This document shows positions 1 through 13,165 of a stretch of DNA of 64,000 bases, in pieces. The position numbers and the translations under genes are program-made. The notes under the pieces were generated by a model. That model was not told the origin of the DNA, ran no database searches, and worked only from the letters and a program-made list of their open reading frames with translations. Source of the DNA: Mobula hypostoma (Eukaryota); NCBI RefSeq assembly GCF_963921235.1, contig NC_086097.1, forward strand, positions 16,864,001 to 16,928,000, written 5' to 3'. Each line of letters opens with the position of its first letter. Within the stretch, counting starts at the first letter, position 1.

Positions 1-295
1 GACCTCATTTGCTAGTATTGGACCCGTAGCCTTCTAAACATTTCCTACGTATGTCCCTGTCTAACTGTCTTTTAAAACTTATTTTATACTTGCCTCAGCC
101 ACATCCCCTGTACCACCCTCTGTGTGGCCCCTTAGGTTTTTACTAAATCTTTCCCCTCTCACCTTAAACCTATGCCCACTGGCTTTTGATTCCCCAGCTC
201 TGAATAAAAAAGTCTTGAGTGCATTCACCCTATCCATCCCTTTTACAATTTTATACACTTCTTCATGATGGTCTTTCAGTCTCCTGTGCTCCAAG
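1..295 (-). mobile_element. CR1 LINE 3' fragment (decayed)
   Basis: ORF 79..294 has 'EVYKIVKGMDRVNA...GHRFKVRGERF', matching the C-terminus of the intact CR1 ORF2 at 1568-4180. Confidence 0.75.
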
Positions 296-339
296 GATAT
301 TCATATATTGTCTTCTAGTATTTTAAAAAAATATTTAAT

Positions 340-621
340 TATTTTATTGAGATATAGCGTGGAGTAGGCCTGTCTGGCTCTTCAAGCCATGCGGCCCAGC
401 AATCTCGTGATATAATTCTAGCCTAATCACGGGGCAATTTACAATAACCAACTAACCTGCCAACTGCTACATCTTTGGACTTTGGGAGGAAACTGGAACA
501 CCCAAAGGAAGCCCATGTGGACACAGGGAGAATGTACAGACTCTTCATAGGCGTCGCTGGGAATTGAGGCTGGGTCGTCTGTACTGTAGAACACTGTGCT
601 CACCACTACACTACCATGCCA
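340..621 (-). mobile_element. tRNA-derived V/HE1-type SINE
   Basis: Minus strand starts GTGGCATGGTAGTGTAGTGG (A-box-like) and has the central 'gtacattctccctgtgtccacatgggcttcc' block; similar copies at about 13390-13675 and 40545-40835. Confidence 0.65.
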
Positions 622-769
622 CATTCTTTGTGATAACTCTAAAACTTTTAATTTAGTTTTGCCTGCACATATTGAAATTGTACCTCCCTGCGGTGGTTAT
701 TTATTGGTAAATGCTTCATTTTGTGCTATCCGAGCTTTTTTATATGAATGCTACCTCATTTTCTCCATT

Positions 770-1145
770 GAGGGGTCAGTGGTGGAAAGTTTGAACAGTT
801 TCAAGTTCCTGGACACCAGCATCCAAGAGGATTTAGCCCTGGGACCAACACAACACAATCATGACGAAGACGCACCAGCTCCTCTACCTTGTTAGGAGTT
901 CCAGGAGATTTAGAATGTCACCAAAGACTTCCTGCAGATTTCTATAGATGTACAGTAGAGAGCTTTCTGATAGTTTGCATCACATCCTGGTCTACAGCCT
1001 CCAATGCACAGGATCACCAAAGGCTGAAGAGGGCTGTGGACTCAACCAGCTCCATCAAAGAACAGCTCTCCCCACCATCGAGAATATCTTCAAGAGGCAG
1101 TGCCTCAAGAAGGCAACACCAATCGTTCGGGACCCTCACAGTCTG
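770..1145 (+). mobile_element. Rex1/Babar-like non-LTR retrotransposon, RT C-terminal fragment
   Basis: 'VESLNSFKFLDTSIQEDL' and 'DFYRCTVES' peptides; similar to copies at 35190-36320 and 50790-51950. Confidence 0.7.
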
Positions 1146-1484
1146 AAACGTGCCCTTATTGGATGAGGGGGGAGTTATTTTCCTTGCTTTTTGTAGTTTC
1201 ACTTTACTCTACTTGCTTGTATTTTAATATAATCACCTATATACATGCGATATTTCAGTGAATTTTCCAGTAATTACAGTACAGTTGCTTCTGTATTTTT
1301 CAAGAAACTTCTTAGTTTTCAGTAGCAGGCATCACACTACTTGGATCTGGAAATATTATGGGTTAAACTATTGTCCCACTACCATCTGGAAGGAGATGCA
1401 GAAGCATCAGGATTAGCATTGCAGAATGAGGAAGTTTCTTCCCTCAGGCTGTGAGACCAATAGATACCCTGCCACCATCGAGAT

Positions 1485-4184
1485 CATAGAAACCATAGAA
1501 ACCATAGAAACTATAGCACAGAAACAGGCCTTTTAGCCCTTCTTGGCTGTGCCGAACCATTTTCTGCCTAGTCCCACTGACCTGCACACGGACCATATCC
1601 CTCCATACACCTCCCATCCATGTATCTGTCCAATTTATTCTTAAATGTTAAAAAAGAACCCACATTTACCACCTCGTCTGGCAGCTCATTCCATACTCCC
1701 ACCACTCTCTGTGTGAAGAAGCCCCCACTAATGTTCCCTTTAAATTTTTCCCCCCTCACCCTAAACCCATGTCCTCTGGTTTTTTTCTCCCCTTGCCTCA
1801 GTGGAAAAAGTCTGCTTGCATTCACTCTATCTATACCCATCATAATTTTATATACCTCTATCAAATCTCCCCTCATTCTTCTACGCTCCAGGGAATAAAG
1901 TCCCAACCTATTCAATCTTTCTTTGTAACTGAGTTTCTCAAGTCCCGGCAACATCCTTGTAAACCTTCTCTGCACTCTTTCAACCTTATTTATATCCTTC
2001 CTGTAATTTGGTGACCAAAACTGAACACAATACTCCAGATTCGGCCTCACCAACACCTTATACAACCTCATCATAACATTCCAGCTCTTATACTCAATAC
2101 TTTGATTAATAAAGGCCAATGTACCAAAAGCTCTCTTTACGACCCTATCTACCTGTGATGCCACTTTTAGGGAATTTTGTATCTGTATTCCCAGATCCCT
2201 CTGTTCCACTGTACTCCTCAGTGCCTTACCATTAACCCTATATGTTCTACGTTGGTTTGTCCTTCCAACGTGCAATACCTCACACTTGTCAGTATTAAAC
2301 TCCATCTGCCATTTTTTAGCCCATTTTTCCAACTGGTCCAAGTCCCTCTGCAGGCTCTGAAAACCTTCCTCACTGTCTACTACACCTCCAATCTTTGTAT
2401 CATCAGCAAACTTGCTGATCCAATTTACCACATTATCATCCAGATCATTGATATAGATGACAAATAACAACGGACCCAGCACTGATCCCTGTGGCACACC
2501 ACTAGTCACAGGCCTCCACTCGGAGAAGCAATTCTCTACCACCACTCTCTGGCTTCTTCCATCGAGCCAATGTCTAATCCAATTTACCACCTCTCCATGT
2601 ATACCTAGTGACTGAATTTTCCTAACTAACCTCCCATGCGGGACCTTGTCAAAGGCCTTACTGAAGTCTATGTAGACAATATCCACTGCCTTCCCTTCAT
2701 CCACTTTCCTGGTAACCTCCTCGAAAAACTCCAATAGATTGGTCAAACATGACCTACCATGCACAAAGCCATGTTGACTCTCCCTAATAAGTCCCAGTCT
2801 ATCCAAATGCTTGTAGATTCTGTCTCTTAGTACTCCCTCCAATAACTTACCTACTACTGACGTTAAACTTACTGGCTTATAATTTCCCGGATTACTTTTC
2901 GATCCTTTTTTAAACAATGGAACAACATGAGCCACTCTCCAATCCTCCGGCACCTCACCTGTAGACAGTGACATTTTAAATATTTCAGCCAGGGCCCCTG
3001 CAATTTCAACACTAGTCTCCTTCAAGGTCCGAGGGAACACCCTGTCAGGTCCCGGGGATTTATCCACTTTAATTTTCCTCAAGACAGCAAGGACCTCCTC
3101 CTTTTTGATCTGTACAGTTTCCATGATCTCACTACTTGTTTCCCTTAATTCCATAGACTTCATGCCAGTTTCCTTAGTAAACACAAATGCAAAAAACCTA
3201 TTTAAGATCTCCCCCATTTCCTTTGGATCCGCACATAGCCGACCACTCTGATCTTCAAGAGGACCAATTTTATCCCTTAGAATCCTTTTGCTCTTAATAT
3301 ACCTGTAAAAGCTCTTTGGATTAACCTTCACTTTGACTGCCAAAGCAACCTCATGTCTTCTTTTAGCCCTCCTGATTTCTTTCTTAAGTATTTTCTTGCA
3401 CTTCTTATACTCCTCAAGCACCTTATTTACTCCCTGCTTCCTATACACGTCATACAACTCCCTCTTCTTCTTTATCAGAGTTGCAATATCCCTTGAGAAC
3501 CAAGGTTCCTTATTCCTATTCACCTTGCCTTTAATCCTGACAGGAACATACAAATTCTGCACTCTTAAAATTTCTGCTTTGAAGGCTTCCCACCTACCGA
3601 TCACATCCATGCCAGAGAACAACCTGTTCCAATCCACGCTTTTTAGATCCTTTCTAATTTCTTCAAATTTGGCCTTCTTCCAGTTAAGAACCTCAACCCT
3701 AGGACCAGATCTATCCTTGTCCATGATCAAGTTGAAACTAATGGTGTTATGATCACTGGAACCAAAGTGCTCCCCTACACAGACTTCTGTCACTTGTCCT
3801 AACTCGTTTCCTAACAGGAGATCCAATATTGCATCCCCTCTAGTTGATCCCTCTAAATATTGATTTAGAAAACTTTCCTGAACACATTTTACAAACTCTA
3901 AACCATCTAGACCCCTAACAGTATGGGAGACCCAATCAATATATGGAAAATTAAAATCCCCTACCACCACAACTTTATGTTTCCTGCAGTTGCCTGCTAT
4001 CTCTCTGCAGATTTGCACTTCCAATTCTCTTTGACTATTGGGTGGTCTGTAATACAATCCCACTAAAGTGGCCATACCTTTCCTGTTTCTCAGCTCCACC
4101 CACAAGGACTCAGTAGACAAGCCCTCTAATCTGTCCGGCCTGAGCACTGCTGTAATATTTTCCCTAACAAGCAATGCCACTCCC
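1485..4184 (-). mobile_element. Young CR1 LINE, 5'-truncated inside the APE domain, with a 3' (GTTTCTATG)n tail
   Basis: Three 9-bp tail units at 1485-1511; 870-codon uninterrupted ORF2; it interrupts an older Rex-like 3' end. Confidence 0.95.
1568..4180 (-). CDS. CR1 ORF2 (partial AP endonuclease + reverse transcriptase); N-terminus missing, so the listed start is not the real one
   Basis: APE motifs YYRPP, GDFNFP, LDLLL, SDH; RT motifs KSPGPD, QHGF, DFSKAFDKVPH, GVPQGSVLGP, KFADD; CR1 C-terminal RRRMRGDLIEVYKIM. Confidence 0.95.
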   Translation of the reverse strand: MALLVRENITAVLRPDRLEGLSTESLWVELRNRKGMATLVGLYYRPPNSQRELEVQICREIAGNCRKHKVVVVGDFNFPYIDWVSHTVRGLDGLEFVKCVQESFLNQYLEGSTRGDAILDLLLGNELGQVTEVCVGEHFGSSDHNTISFNLIMDKDRSGPRVEVLNWKKAKFEEIRKDLKSVDWNRLFSGMDVIGRWEAFKAEILRVQNLYVPVRIKGKVNRNKEPWFSRDIATLIKKKRELYDVYRKQGVNKVLEEYKKCKKILKKEIRRAKRRHEVALAVKVKVNPKSFYRYIKSKRILRDKIGPLEDQSGRLCADPKEMGEILNRFFAFVFTKETGMKSMELRETSSEIMETVQIKKEEVLAVLRKIKVDKSPGPDRVFPRTLKETSVEIAGALAEIFKMSLSTGEVPEDWRVAHVVPLFKKGSKSNPGNYKPVSLTSVVGKLLEGVLRDRIYKHLDRLGLIRESQHGFVHGRSCLTNLLEFFEEVTRKVDEGKAVDIVYIDFSKAFDKVPHGRLVRKIQSLGIHGEVVNWIRHWLDGRSQRVVVENCFSEWRPVTSGVPQGSVLGPLLFVIYINDLDDNVVNWISKFADDTKIGGVVDSEEGFQSLQRDLDQLEKWAKKWQMEFNTDKCEVLHVGRTNQRRTYRVNGKALRSTVEQRDLGIQIQNSLKVASQVDRVVKRAFGTLAFINQSIEYKSWNVMMRLYKVLVRPNLEYCVQFWSPNYRKDINKVERVQRRFTRMLPGLEKLSYKERLNRLGLYSLERRRMRGDLIEVYKIMMGIDRVNASRLFPLRQGEKKTRGHGFRVRGEKFKGNISGGFFTQRVVGVWNELPDEVVNVGSFLTFKNKLDRYMDGRCMEGYGPCAGQWD

Positions 4185-6294
4185 TTCTTTGCACTAGGAC
4201 AGTAAGTTGTTTAATGTTTACTGTACTGCTGACTGTTTACCTGTGCTGTGCACTGCTTGCATCTTGCATTACATTTTGTGAACATGTCTATGGTAATATT
4301 TTGCTTTATGCACTGTGTGCAATATATTTTTTGTGGGATCCCCGTGATCCAGAGGAACATTGTTTCATTTGGTTAGATGACAATAAACTTGAACTTGAAC
4401 TTAAATGCTATCAGTGGAATTTTTTAAAACTCTAGTTCCAGTACGTGAAGATCAAGACTACTTTATTCCTTTTCTTTTTTCCTCATGACACTTGTTCTTG
4501 TTCTTCTTTGCTCTTGTAATACTTAATAAAACAATCATAAGTAATAAGCTTTATGCCTCATTCATGATTTTTGATTGTAAAAGCATCAGGATCCTACACC
4601 TTATTCTCATTGCTACCATGAAGAACGAGGTACAGGAATCTGCAGACTCACTCTCAACATTTTAAGAACAGCTTCCTTCTCCCTGCCATCAGATTAGGAA
4701 CACATGAACACTACCTCCTTATTTTGTTTTTTCACATCATGTATGTAATTATAATTTATATATTTTTATCTCTTTGCTTCATACTGCTACATAAAATAAG
4801 ACACTTCACATCATAAATCAGCGATATCCGTAGTATCCAATACGTCTACAAGGAGTGCTGCGTCCTTCATTAAAGTCCCCCACCACCCAGGACATGCCCT
4901 CTTCTCATTGTTACCACAGGCAAGTCTGAAGGCACACACCCAATGATTCAGGAACTGCTTCTTCCCATCTGCTGTCTGATTTCTGAATGGACGTTGAACC
5001 CATGAACGCTATCTCATGACTTTTTTAATTTCTGTTTTTTTTGTATTATTTATTTTAACTGAACTACTTAACAGACATATATAGACTTACAGTAATCCAA
5101 TTTAGTCTCTATATTATTTATTTATCATGTATTTCATTGTACAATTAATGAATTTCAGGACATTTGTCGATGATATTAAACCTGAAACTGATTATAAATC
5201 TGATTCTTATTCTGATTAACTGGGTTTGATAGATATGACTGCCTATGTATATTTTTGTTCCACTGTCGGTGATATTCAATATTTTGAAGTTTATTCATTA
5301 TCTCAAACAAATTTTATCTATCTTATCCCAGAAAGTACTTCAAGCTCAACAAAGAGTGCGTCAAGAAAGGAGGACTATTGATAGATGATTGAGTAAGGTG
5401 GGAATCACAATCTATCTTCTCAACTGATAAAGCTAAAGCTACTATTCAAGATTTTTGATTGATTCGATATGCGTTTCCCCATGGCTGAAAAAGCCATTTA
5501 TACTTCACACTGCATATATCACTCAGTAGACAGATATTGACCATTACCCTTTCATACCATGAAAATAAGCATGTGTTGTTCATTTGTTGTTTCTCCCTCA
5601 TCCTTCAATTATGTTGAACAACTCAGTCTCTGAAGCAGTAATGTTCTTTTAATCTATTTCCAAGGCCTGACATTGTGTCTAAAGGCTGCCACAATTCTAA
5701 TTCTGACACCAGTTACAAGACATCTTACCTCCCATTGGAAACTAGAGAGATACTTGCCAGATTGGCCCAATGCCTACAAATGGTTCCTTCCAATTCTGTG
5801 TGTTTTTATTATGTGGGATAACGTCTTTTTTTTAATGACATAACAACCAGATGCAGCAGGATACAAATGTAACAAGAGCTTGAATTTGACCCTCATGGCT
5901 GTAGAGACACAATGGGAGAAGTTAGATTGGGCTCTTAAGGGAAAAGCCAATAATATCCTATATTCCAATGCTTGCTGCAGAAACCCTGATTTAAAAATTG
6001 TTATTTAACTGTGTCAGAATGCTGTTTCCAAAATATAGAGAGCCAAAACGTAAAACAAACCCAAATGACTTCATGGACAAAAATTTAGATTGTGAAAGCT
6101 ATGGACCTTTAGTGTCAATAGGCTTTGAGAAAGGCAGGATCAATTTATAATGTTAGAAATAGTAAGTGAGAATGAAAGAAAAAAGAACTTGTTATGAATC
6201 CTTAAGAAGAACAGACAAAACAGAATAGTAAAATAAATGGTAAGTATTCAAAATGATTTTGGTGTTCAGATTCATATATCTCAAAGTAACTAAT

Positions 6295-8290
6295 CTCATA
6301 AGGCCAAAAGACATAGGTGCAGAATTAGGCCACTCAGCCCATCAAGTCTGCTCTGCCGTTCCATTATGCTGATTTATTATCCCTCTCAGCCCCACCCTCC
6401 TGCCTTCTTCCCATCAGTTTTGATGCCCTGAGTAATCAAAACCTGATCAGCCTCCGCTTTAAATATACTTAATAACTTGGCCTCCACAGCCACTTGTGAC
6501 AATGAACTGCACAGATTCACAGTTCTATATAGACATCCCTCTAGCCTGAGGCTGTGCCCTCTGGTCCAAGACTCACCAGCTGTAGGAAACATCCTCCCTA
6601 CATCCACTCTATCTAGATCTCACAATATTTGATAAGTTTCAATGAGATCCCTCCTCATTCTTCTAATCTCCAACGAGTGCAAGCCCAGCGCTACTAAACG
6701 CTCCTCATATGTTAACCCTTCCATTCCATAAGACCATAAGACATAGGAGCAGAAATAGGGCATTTGGCCCATCAAGTCTGCCCTACCATTCAATCATGGC
6801 TGATCCTCCTCAGGCCAACACCCCGGCCTTCTCCCTGTAATTTTTGATGCCGCGGCCGATCAAGAACCTATCAAACTCAGCCTTAAATACACTCAATGGC
6901 CTGGCCTCCACAGCTGACTGTGGTATCAAATTCTACAAATTCACAACTCTCTCGCTAAAGGAATTTCACTGCGTCTCTGCTTTAAATGGGCACCCCTCTA
7001 TCCCGAGGCTGCGCTCTCTTGTCCTAGACTCCACAGGAAACATCCTTTCCACATCTATTCCGTCTAGGCGTTTCAACATTCGAAAGGTTTCAGTGAGATC
7101 CCCCATCAACCTTCTAAATTCCAGTGACTACAGGCCCAGAGCCATCAAACGTTCCTCATATTCTAACCTTTTCATTCGCGGAACACTCTCCAATGCCAGC
7201 GCATCTTCAAGGAGCACAAAATTGTTCACAATAATCTAGGTGAGGCCTCACCAGTGCCTTATAAAGCCTCACCTTCACATCCCTGCTCTTATATTCTAGA
7301 CCTCTCAAAATGAATGCTAACATTGCATTTGCCTTCCTCACCAACGACTCAATCTGTAAGTTAACCTTTAGGGTGTTCACCAATCTCCATTTCATCTGCA
7401 AATTTGGCAAAAAAGCCATCTGTTCCATTATCTAAATTATTGATATACAGCATAAAAAGAAGCGGTCCCAACACCGACCCCTGCAGAACACCTCTAGTCA
7501 TTGGCACCAACCGGAAAAGAATTCTTTTATTCACACTTGCTGTCCCCTACCAATCAGCCAATGCTCTAACCATGTTAGTAACTTTCCTGTAATAACATGG
7601 GCTCTTAACCTGGTAAGCAGCCTTATGTGTGACATCTTGTCAAAGACCTTCTGAAAATCCGAATATACAACATCCACTACATCCCCTTTATCTATCCTAC
7701 TTTTAGTCTCCTCAAAGAATTCCAACAGGTTCGCCAGACTTTGTCCTATCTTGTCCTGTGTCACCAAGTATTCCATAACCTCAACTTTAACAATTGACTC
7801 CAACATCTTCTCGTGAACCTCCTCTGGACCCTTTCCAATGCAGGCCATCTTTTCTTAGATAAAAGGCCCGCAACTGCTCATAATACTCCATGTGTGATCT
7901 GATCAATGTGTTATAAAACCTCAGCATTACATTGTTTCTTTGATAGTCTAGTCCTCTCAAAATGAATGCTAACATTACATCTGCCTCCCTTACCTTCTAC
8001 TCAACCTGCAAGTTAACTTTCAGGGAATTCTGCCCAAGGACTCCCAAGTCCCTTTGCACCTCTGATTTTTGAATTTTCTTCCCGCTTTGAAAATAATCTA
8101 TGCTTTAATTCCTTCTGCCAAGAGCATGACCATATACTTCCCTACACTATATTCCATTTGCCACTTCTTGGCCCATTCTCCCGATCTGTCCAAGGCCTTG
8201 TACAGACTCCCTGCTTCCTCAACACTACCTACCTCTCCACTTAACTTTGTATCATCTGCAAACTTGGTCACAAAGCCATCAATTCCACAG
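6295..8290 (-). mobile_element. Stack of decayed CR1 fragments
   Basis: ORF pieces 'RMFPTAGESWTRGHSLRL', 'RGLEYKSRDVKVRLYKALVRPHL', 'DFQKVFDKMSH'; (CCATAAGA)n tail at about 6726-6740. Confidence 0.85.
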
Positions 8291-8631
8291 GTAGATCAAG
8301 CAGTTCCGAAGGCCATGTTCCAAGGATGTTGGAATACACAAACAAGGCTCTTGATGAAGTTGTAGAGAGTTTTATTGAGATGTTAAAGGACCACTGTGTG
8401 AATTTTTTTACCTGCTTCCTTGAAATATTCTGGTTACTTGCAAACTTGTTTAAGAATTTTATGTTACTATATAAGGGCTTTATTTCTCTGCGATGTACTT
8501 AATATGTGCTGTACATAAAGGGAGCCAATGTTAGATTTTCAGAAAACATTCGATAAAGGTTAGCATGGAAAACTGAAGCACAGTATCATTTCAAAGGTTA
8601 TTGTATCCAATAATAGAAACTAATGTTTTGG

Positions 8632-9190
8632 ACCATAAGACATAGGAACAGAATTAGGCCATTTGACCCATCAAGTCTGTTCCACCATTCAATCATGGCC
8701 GATTTTTTCAACCTTATTCTTCCCCTTCTCCTCATAATCTTTAATCCCATTACCATGCAAAAACCTATCAATCTCTGCCTTGAATACAACCAATGACTTG
8801 GCCTCCATAGCCCTTTGTGCACAGATTAAATGAATGAAGAAATTCCTCACCAAACCAGTTTTAAAGGGATGTCCCTTTATTCTGAGGTTGTTTCTTTGGA
8901 TCCTAGACACTTACTAATGGAAACATCCTCTTCACGTCTACTCTGTTCAGACTTTTCTGTGTCTGGTATGTTTCAAGAAATCCCCCTCTTCCACTCAGTC
9001 CTTCTGAACTCCATTGAGTACAGGTCCAGAACCATCAAAGACTCCTCATGCATTAAGCCTTTCATTTCTGGAATTGCTTTGGGAACATTCTCTGGATGCT
9101 CTCCAGGGCCAGTACATCTTTCCTTGGACACGCAGTTCAAGATTGCTCATAATATTCCAAATACAGCTTGACCAATACTTACAAAGCCTC
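8632..9190 (-). mobile_element. CR1 3' fragment
   Basis: 'EAKSLVVFKAEIDRFL' peptide and CR1 3' UTR/tail. Confidence 0.8.
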
Positions 9191-9994
9191 AATTTTGGAT
9201 GGAAGATGGGCTGCTTAACATAAAAATGTGACTAGGTATAAATGGGACCTGTGTAGATGACAGCACATAATGCATGATATGCCACAGTGCTGCTGTGGTC
9301 TCATGAATTAGATGAAGATAACAAAGATGTAATTGCTAGATGTGAAACTATCCATTTGGCAAGTAAAATAAAAGTTTATCAACTAATTGGGAAATGCAGG
9401 GCTTTGTGATGCAGATGGAAGTGGGTGTCCTCATTTGTGATGAACAAAGGTCTAGCATGCAAGTAATTGAATGCAAAAATGGTGAGGTCAAGCTGCAGTT
9501 TGACAGGGATTGATGAAACCACACCAAGGGTACTATATATAATGTTAGTCTCCTTAATTAAGGAAAGATTTTAGATTATTGGAAGTCGTTCAGAGAACGT
9601 TTATTAGACTGGTGCCTGGAATTCAGTGGGTTGTGTTCTGAGGAGCCAAGCCTCTCGAGTTCGGACAACTTAGTTAGATAGATAGATAGATTGAAGTATA
9701 CATGGTCTGAGGAGTTGAAGTGAAGAGGGTATTTCCTCCTGTGGGAAGATTTAAAAGGTAAGCTCATTATTTAAAAGGAAAGTGTTGCTATTTAAGGCAT
9801 TTATTTTCTCCTATAAAGCTTGAGTCTTTTGAAACTCTTCCTGAAAGGGCTATAAAAGCAGTCTTGAATGTTTTTCAGTCAGAGGTGGCTATATTGTTGT
9901 TAAGGAAATGGGTGAATTTTGTAAACAAAATGCTGGAGGAACTCAGTGGGTCAGGCAGTCCCTTCATCTGGACTGGAAGATAGAGGGGAGGTAG

Positions 9995-11690
9995 CCAGTA
10001 TAATGAAGTGCATATTGAAATCCTCATGACTATCATAACATTGCCCTTTTGACATGCCTTTTCTATCTCCCATTGTAATTTGTAGCCCATATCCTGGCTA
10101 CTGTTTGGAGGCCTGTATATAACTCCTATCCTCCAAGGAGGAGGAGAAGATGGCGGCGCGACGCAGCTTGCGCGGCCACTCCGGTGAATGATATCTGTAA
10201 TCTGTCAAGTAGGGTGCCGTGCACAATACTGATTAGATGGAGACAGACGTGAGAGAATGGAGGAACATCTGGAGAAACTTCAGAAATGCCTTTTTTGCTA
10301 CCGTTGCTACTGTGTGATCCTGAATCTCCGGAGGGGAAGGCCCCGAGTCCTTGGCTTTGTTTGTTGTTCGGCGGCCGGGACAGGATCGAAGCGCTCGGCA
10401 GAGATGGTGCTCAGTGCTCGGTGTCGAAGGGCTGGTTGGAGGCTCGAAGTTTTTGGACGGACTCAGAGTTGGCTGTGGTCGGGTGCTTCCAATGCATCGG
10501 CAGTTGTTGGTGCCTGGAGGTTTATGGTAGGGAGAGTTTCTCCTTCTGCTGCCTACTATCGGGGACTATTGGGAGTCGATCGGAACTTTGAGACTTTTTT
10601 TTACCGTGCCCATGGTCTGTTCTTTATCAAATTATGGTATTGCTTTACACTGCTGTAACTACAAGTTATAATTATGTGGTCTTGTCAGTGTTAGTCTTTG
10701 ATTTGTCCTCTTTTTGTGATATCACTCTGGAGGAACATTGTATCATTTCTTAATGCATGTGTGCATTTCTAAATGACAATAAATGAGGACTGAGTGTCCT
10801 CATAATCTAATATCAGGTCTTTATACCTTGCAGTTTCTTAACTTTACCCACAAGAATTCTACATCTTCCAATCCTAGGTTATCTCTTTCTAAGTAGTTGA
10901 TTTAATTTTTTTTACCAACAGAGCCATGCCAGCTCCTCTGCCTGCCTGTATCATTGGATGTTAATCTCCCAACTATGATCTTCTTTCAGCCATGATTCAG
11001 TGATGCCCATAATGTTATACCTACCAATCTCTAACTGTGCTACAACATCATTTATCTTATTCCATATACTATGTGCGTTCAAATATAACACCTTCAGTCC
11101 TGTATTCATCACCCTTTTTCTGTTTGTCCCCCTTTTACTCTGCATCTCATTTCACTGACTGCAATTTTGCCCTATCATCTGCCTGTCCTTCCTGACAGTC
11201 TCACTACGTACTGCATCTGCTTGTAAACCAACTGTCTCATTCTTTGCCTTATCACACTGGTTCCCATCCCCTGCCAATTTAGTTTAATCCTTCCCAACAG
11301 CTCCAGCAAACCCGCCTTCAAGGATATTGGCCCCCTTGGGTTCAAGAGTAATCCATCCCTTTTGCACAGATTACACCTTCTCCAGAAGAGATCCTAATGA
11401 TCTAGAATTCTAAAGCTCAGCCCCCTGCACCAGCTCCTCAGTCACACTTTCATCTGTGAAATCATCCTATCACACCCTCATCTTCATCTTCCCATATGAC
11501 CCGAAGGTCATCGAGCTGCAGCTCCAGTTCCTTAAAACTTTCTCTGAGAAGCTACAGCTTAGTGCACCTGGTGCAACTGAGGTTTACCGGGAGGCTGGAG
11601 ATCACTCAGAACTCCCACATCTCACACAAAGAACACAACACAGCCCCTGGAGCCATCCTCACTGCACCTACCAACAGATGGATAATGAAG
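9995..11690 (-). mobile_element. CR1 fragment covering the ORF1/ORF2 junction, split by the 10131-10810 insert
   Basis: 'LKVLYLNAHSIWNK...MGITESWLK' is the CR1 APE N-terminus; 'EIEKACQKGNVMIVM' continues on the other side of the insert. Confidence 0.8.
10131..10810 (+). mobile_element. Non-coding CpG-rich retroposon with a LINE-like 5' end and a Rex-like 3' tail
   Basis: Starts near AAGATGGCGGCG and ends 'ggaacattgtatcatt...atgacaataaa...'; TATC repeated at 10127-10130 and 10811-10814; cleanly splits a CR1. Confidence 0.6.
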
Positions 11691-11898
11691 AAGAACCTTT
11701 CCAACTTTACCTGTTTGCTTTTCAATCAAGGCAAGTGCCAAGGTCAGATGGAAGTAGGTCACCATGGGCAGGCAGGAGTCCTGGGTTGAGGTTACAGTCA
11801 GCTTGGCCCTAATCTTGTCAAATGGCAGCAATGCCTGCCCAACCATCCTTTGGTCTTAATTCACGTATTTAAATAAATTTGTTTCCAATGTCGTGGTA

Positions 11899-12374
11899 AG
11901 CACAAGAGATTCTTCAGATGCTGAAAATCTAGAGTTGCTCTTACACAAAATGCTTGAACTCAGCAAGTCAGGCATCTATGGAATGGAATAAAGATGTTTC
12001 AGCCCGACACCCTTCATCAGGACTGGAAAGGAAGGGGGGAAGAAGCCAGAATAAGAAAGTGAGGAGGAGGGCAAGGAGTACAAGCTAGAAAATGATAGGT
12101 GAAGTGAGATAGGGCTTCTTCTGCAGGCCTTTACCTTTCCTACCTATCTCCTCCCAGCTTCCCACTTCATCCCCTTCTCACACCCTCTCATCTGGTTTCA
12201 TCTATCACCTGCCAAATTGTACTCCTTCCCTTCCCCCCATCTTCTTATTTTGTTTTCTTCCCCCTACCTTTCTAGTCCTGATGAAGGGTCTTGGCCTGAA
12301 GTATTGACTCTTTCCATACCTTTCCATAGTTGCTACCTGACTTGCTGAGTCCCTCCAGCATTTTATGTGTTACT
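11899..12374. mobile_element. Old inverted (tail-out) Penelope pLTR-derived element
   Basis: Two inverted arms, each with a decayed CTGATGAAGGG...GAA hammerhead motif (about 11993-12026 minus, 12273-12308 plus). Confidence 0.75.
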
Positions 12375-12882
12375 TTAATTTTTGACTTTACTTTAAAGTT
12401 TTCCTTTGGAGACATTAGCAATTAGTGAAAAAGAATGACTTCAATAAAATATATATTTTTTGTGTTTAGAGTTCATTCCATTGTGCAGATCTGCCATTAC
12501 ACAGGGACTTTTGACAGCCATGGGTTTCAAGGACTTTAATACTGCCTCAGTGCATTGTTAATAATGAAATTGTTATGACCTGTTAGAAAATCTAGATGAT
12601 TGTTTGCAGATTAGTGGTTTAGTAATGATGGAGGACAAATAATTAAAATGTTCCATTACTAACCATTCACATCTTTTTGTTTCACAATAGGAGACTGATA
12701 GACCACAGACCATAAGACATAGGAGCAGAATTAGGCTATTCAGTAGTACAACTGGGCTGGGCAACTAAATGGTAAACTAAAACCCCTCTTTTTGTTGTCT
12801 CACCAGTTGCTGTTCGGCAGCCCAAAGAAACACTGCAATCTGCTTTCCTTTTTATATAAATCTGAGACCATGGTGTTTCCAT

Positions 12883-13165
12883 TAGGGAGGCACAATTAGC
12901 ACAATCGCTTTACAGCACCAGCGATCACCGATCGGGGCTCAATTCCCACCACTGCCTGTAAGGAGTTTGTCAATTCTCCTGTGACTGCATGGATTTCCTC
13001 CAGGTGCTCCCGTTTCCTCCCACATCCCAAAAAGGCATATGGTTAGTGAGTTGTGAGCATGCTATGTTGGCACCAGAAGCGTGGTGACACTCGTGGGCTG
13101 CACCCAGCAGATCCTCACTGATCTGATTTGATGCAAGACAACGCGTTGCACTGTACGTTTCGATG
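12883..13165 (+). mobile_element. tRNA-derived V-type SINE
   Basis: tRNA-like head followed by 'aaggagtttgtcaattctcctgtgactgcatggatttcctccaggtgctcc'; similar copies at 34322, 55480 and 62990. Confidence 0.65.

Noticed and set aside
1620..3752. Plus-strand ORFs overlapping the CR1
   Set aside because: Antisense shadows of ORF2 with no recognisable motifs
5331..5392. Possible exon (cccag ... ga/gtaagg)
   Set aside because: Stops in all three frames and no recognisable peptide; it could only be non-coding and has no support
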